The notes under the pieces: model-generated
Told to the model about the DNA's origin: nothing
Database searches by the model: none
Seen by the model: only the letters and a program-made list of their open reading frames with translations
Translations under genes and position numbers: made by a program
Part shown: positions 44,323 to 46,416 of the stretch, in pieces
How the letters are laid out: each line of letters begins with the position of its first letter
Position numbering within the stretch: position 1 is the stretch's first letter
Assembly: GCA_964590955.1 (NCBI GenBank)
Contig: CAZPYT010000004.1
Coordinates: forward strand, 1 to 46,416
Reading direction: 5' to 3'
DNA from: an uncultured Candidatus Saccharibacteria bacterium
GTDB taxonomy: Bacteria; Patescibacteriota; WWE3; UBA101185; UBA10185
Length of the DNA stretch: 46,416 nucleotides

Positions 44323-45114
44323 ATGGATGACCAGCTGCCTGAAGCACCAAAACTTGACAATAAATTTGCATTCATGAACAGGTATCTTAGTGCCAGAATG
44401 GCTAGTTTTATTTTTATCGCTTTAAGCGTTGCGTTAATAATTGGGGTAATCACCAGTGCCTTTATGTCAAATCAACTAGACTTGATTACCGAGCCCCTTG
44501 TTAACGATCAGAAAGATGTTTATGTAGATGACAAAGACGCCAAGAGCTGGAAAACATATTCTGATTATGACTACAATTTCGATATCAAATATCCTACCGG
44601 GTGGGTAGTACTTGTTGAAGATGAGGCTTTTGGTATGCTGCGCACTGTAACCTTCAGTAAAGCCGAAAACGAACTTCCGGCAATTACAGTGTCAGCTTTT
44701 GATAAAGAAGATTATGCTAAGAAATTAATAACGCGCCCGCTGTCTGCAAACAATATGTATGCTCTCAAAAAAGGCCTGGCATTTAACTTCAATCTAATTT
44801 TGCCCCCGGCTGATGCGCTAACCCTGGAACTGGAAAAAATTTACAGACAAGTGTTTAGTGAAATGATTTCGTCCCATGTTTACAATCCTCCTGATGAACT
44901 ATCAGAGTGTATAGTGACCGGTTGCAGTGGTCAAATTTGTTCCGATAAAGAGGTCACAACTTCGTGCGAAATGATGGACGCCTATTTATGCTATAAAACA
45001 GCAAAATGCGAAAGACAGCCTAGTGGACGCTGCGGTTGGACTCAGACTGATGATTTGAAACAGTGTTTGAATGAAGCTGTTGGTGTTAAGGGTATTGATA
45101 TTTCTTTGGAATAG
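44323..45114 (+). CDS. Membrane-anchored hypothetical protein with a C-terminal Cys-rich module
   Basis: N-terminal TM (FIFIALSVALIIGVITSAF). The C-terminus CIVTGCSGQICSD..SCEMMDAYLCYKTAKCERQPSGRCGW..KQC has 9 Cys in about 57 aa. Confidence 0.55.
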   Translation: MDDQLPEAPKLDNKFAFMNRYLSARMASFIFIALSVALIIGVITSAFMSNQLDLITEPLVNDQKDVYVDDKDAKSWKTYSDYDYNFDIKYPTGWVVLVEDEAFGMLRTVTFSKAENELPAITVSAFDKEDYAKKLITRPLSANNMYALKKGLAFNFNLILPPADALTLELEKIYRQVFSEMISSHVYNPPDELSECIVTGCSGQICSDKEVTTSCEMMDAYLCYKTAKCERQPSGRCGWTQTDDLKQCLNEAVGVKGIDISLE

Positions 45115-45203
45115 AATTTTTAGCTAGTCAAAGTTTATCTCTGTACCATTTTCTACTGTCCAGTTTTTATTTTCAGAAGTATTTCACGTGTTACAATTTC
45201 TAA

Positions 45204-46416
45204 GTGTCCGATAAAATTGAAAACCCAAACATATTACAAACATTAAACCCACAGCAGGCTGAAGCTGCTGCACATTATGAAGGACCTGCGCTGGTTGTGG
45301 CCGGCCCCGGTTCGGGTAAAACCAGAGTTCTTACTCATCGTGTGGCCTATCTTATTCAAGAAAAAAACATTGAACAATCCAACATACTTTGTGTGACTTT
45401 TACTAATAAAGCCGCAGGGGAGATTCAATCCAGAATTACCGGGCTATTAGGTGTGTCTAAAAATCTATCTTGGGCGGGTACATTTCACTCTATTTGCGCA
45501 CGAATTTTACGTAGGCATGGTGTGGTTTTGGGTATACCTTTTTCTTATGTGATTTACGATAAAGATGACGCACTTTCACTAATAAAAAAAATAATTAAAG
45601 ATTTAGGCATGGATTCTAAAAAAGTTAATGCAAATGCTGTTTTAGGAATGATCTCCAGTGCCAAATCAGAATTGATTACTGCTGATATGTATGAATCTTA
45701 CGCGCAGGGATATTTCCAAAGAAGCGTTGCTAAAATTTATTATGAATATCATAAACAGTTAAGGTCAAATAATGCGCTCGATTTTGATGATTTGCTTTTT
45801 GAGGTTGTGAAGTTGTTCAACAAAGAAGCGCACATTTTGGATTTATATCAAGAGCAATTTAAATTTATTTTGGTTGACGAATATCAGGATACAAATAAGG
45901 CCCAATATGTTTTGACAAAGCTATTAGCTCAGAAATACCGCAATATTTATGTTGTAGGGGATATGTCTCAGGCAATTTACAGTTTTCGGGGAGCGGACTA
46001 TAGAAACATAATGAACTTTCAGGGAGATTATCCTGATGCAAAAATTTATAATCTCGAAAAAAATTACCGATCAACCCAAAATATTTTAGATGCCGCAAAA
46101 AATGTTATAAAAAATAATTCTACTCACATTCCGCTTGATTTGTGGACGGAGAACGGTGAGGGAGACAAGCTTGTAAATTATTTGGGTCAGACAGATATTG
46201 ACGAGGCTTTGTTTGTTGCAGACAAGATCAGGCAGCTGTGCGATAGCGGAGTTCCATATAGTGATATAGCCGTTTTATATAGAACAAATGCGCAGTCAAG
46301 AAACCTCGAAGAACATTTCATCAAAAATAATATACCGTATAAAATTGTGGGCGGTTTGCGCTTTTATTCCAGAAAAGAAGTTAAAGACATAATTGCGTAC
46401 TTGCGTGTAATTCATA
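45204..46416 (+). CDS. uvrD: UvrD/PcrA-family DNA helicase, 5' part (runs off the window)
   Basis: LNPQQAEAA, Walker A AGPGSGKT, TFTNKAA, DEYQDT, VGDMSQAIYSFRGA. There is no in-frame ATG. The first start candidate after stop 45201-45203 is GTG 45204. Confidence 0.85.
   Translation, partial: MSDKIENPNILQTLNPQQAEAAAHYEGPALVVAGPGSGKTRVLTHRVAYLIQEKNIEQSNILCVTFTNKAAGEIQSRITGLLGVSKNLSWAGTFHSICARILRRHGVVLGIPFSYVIYDKDDALSLIKKIIKDLGMDSKKVNANAVLGMISSAKSELITADMYESYAQGYFQRSVAKIYYEYHKQLRSNNALDFDDLLFEVVKLFNKEAHILDLYQEQFKFILVDEYQDTNKAQYVLTKLLAQKYRNIYVVGDMSQAIYSFRGADYRNIMNFQGDYPDAKIYNLEKNYRSTQNILDAAKNVIKNNSTHIPLDLWTENGEGDKLVNYLGQTDIDEALFVADKIRQLCDSGVPYSDIAVLYRTNAQSRNLEEHFIKNNIPYKIVGGLRFYSRKEVKDIIAYLRVIH

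Noticed and set aside
45243-46098. Two minus-strand ORFs (61 and 77 aa).
   Set aside because: They are antisense to the clearly recognisable UvrD/PcrA helicase frame, which is missing from the ORF track only because it runs off the window end.
1-46416. A search by eye for CRISPR arrays, tRNA/rRNA genes, transposases, integrases, prophage blocks and toxin-antitoxin pairs.
   Set aside because: I saw no direct-repeat/spacer periodicity, no cloverleaf-like GTTCGAATC T-arms in the spacers, and no DDE or tyrosine-recombinase motifs. The window looks like core chromosome rather than a mobile island.

Overview
AT-rich, very gene-dense 46.4-kb chromosomal segment with about 60 CDS. Nearly all are on the minus strand, and many overlap by 4, 8 or 17 nt. 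I found no rRNA, tRNA, CRISPR array, transposase or integrase.

The gene content suggests a reduced Gram-positive-like bacterium, possibly Patescibacteria/CPR; this is inference only. It includes shortened housekeeping proteins (ValRS 756 aa, HrcA 240 aa, TIM 213 aa, Trx 88 aa) and Gram-positive-type wall genes (murT/gatD, murJ, an LCP gene, two sortases).

Recognisable core genes: valS, proS, tsaD, murT-gatD, dnaA, ruvX, an ftsA-like gene, hrcA-grpE-dnaK, adk, lepA, murJ, rpsT, holA-like, tpiA, gap, trxA and a 5' fragment of uvrD/pcrA.

Points worth a second look:
1. Two back-to-back T-box leaders sit in the valS/proS spacer, together with three copies of one palindromic element.
2. A DnaA-box cluster and an AT-rich tract flank dnaA, but the coding strand does not switch there.
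3. A long minus-strand operon holds an orphan VirD4/TraG-like coupling ATPase next to a 1033-aa acidic protein with no recognisable domain.
4. In the gap...tpiA operon, the usual pgk position is taken by a single-cluster ferredoxin plus a truncated aldehyde:ferredoxin-oxidoreductase (AOR) homolog.
5. PilN/PilO-like genes are fused into a locus with a sortase and a VPDTG-type sorted protein.
6. Three tandem small paralogs lie upstream of hrcA, whose consensus promoter is overlapped by a CIRCE-like operator and appears to give a leaderless mRNA.

All functional calls rest on motifs read by eye. No database search was run.
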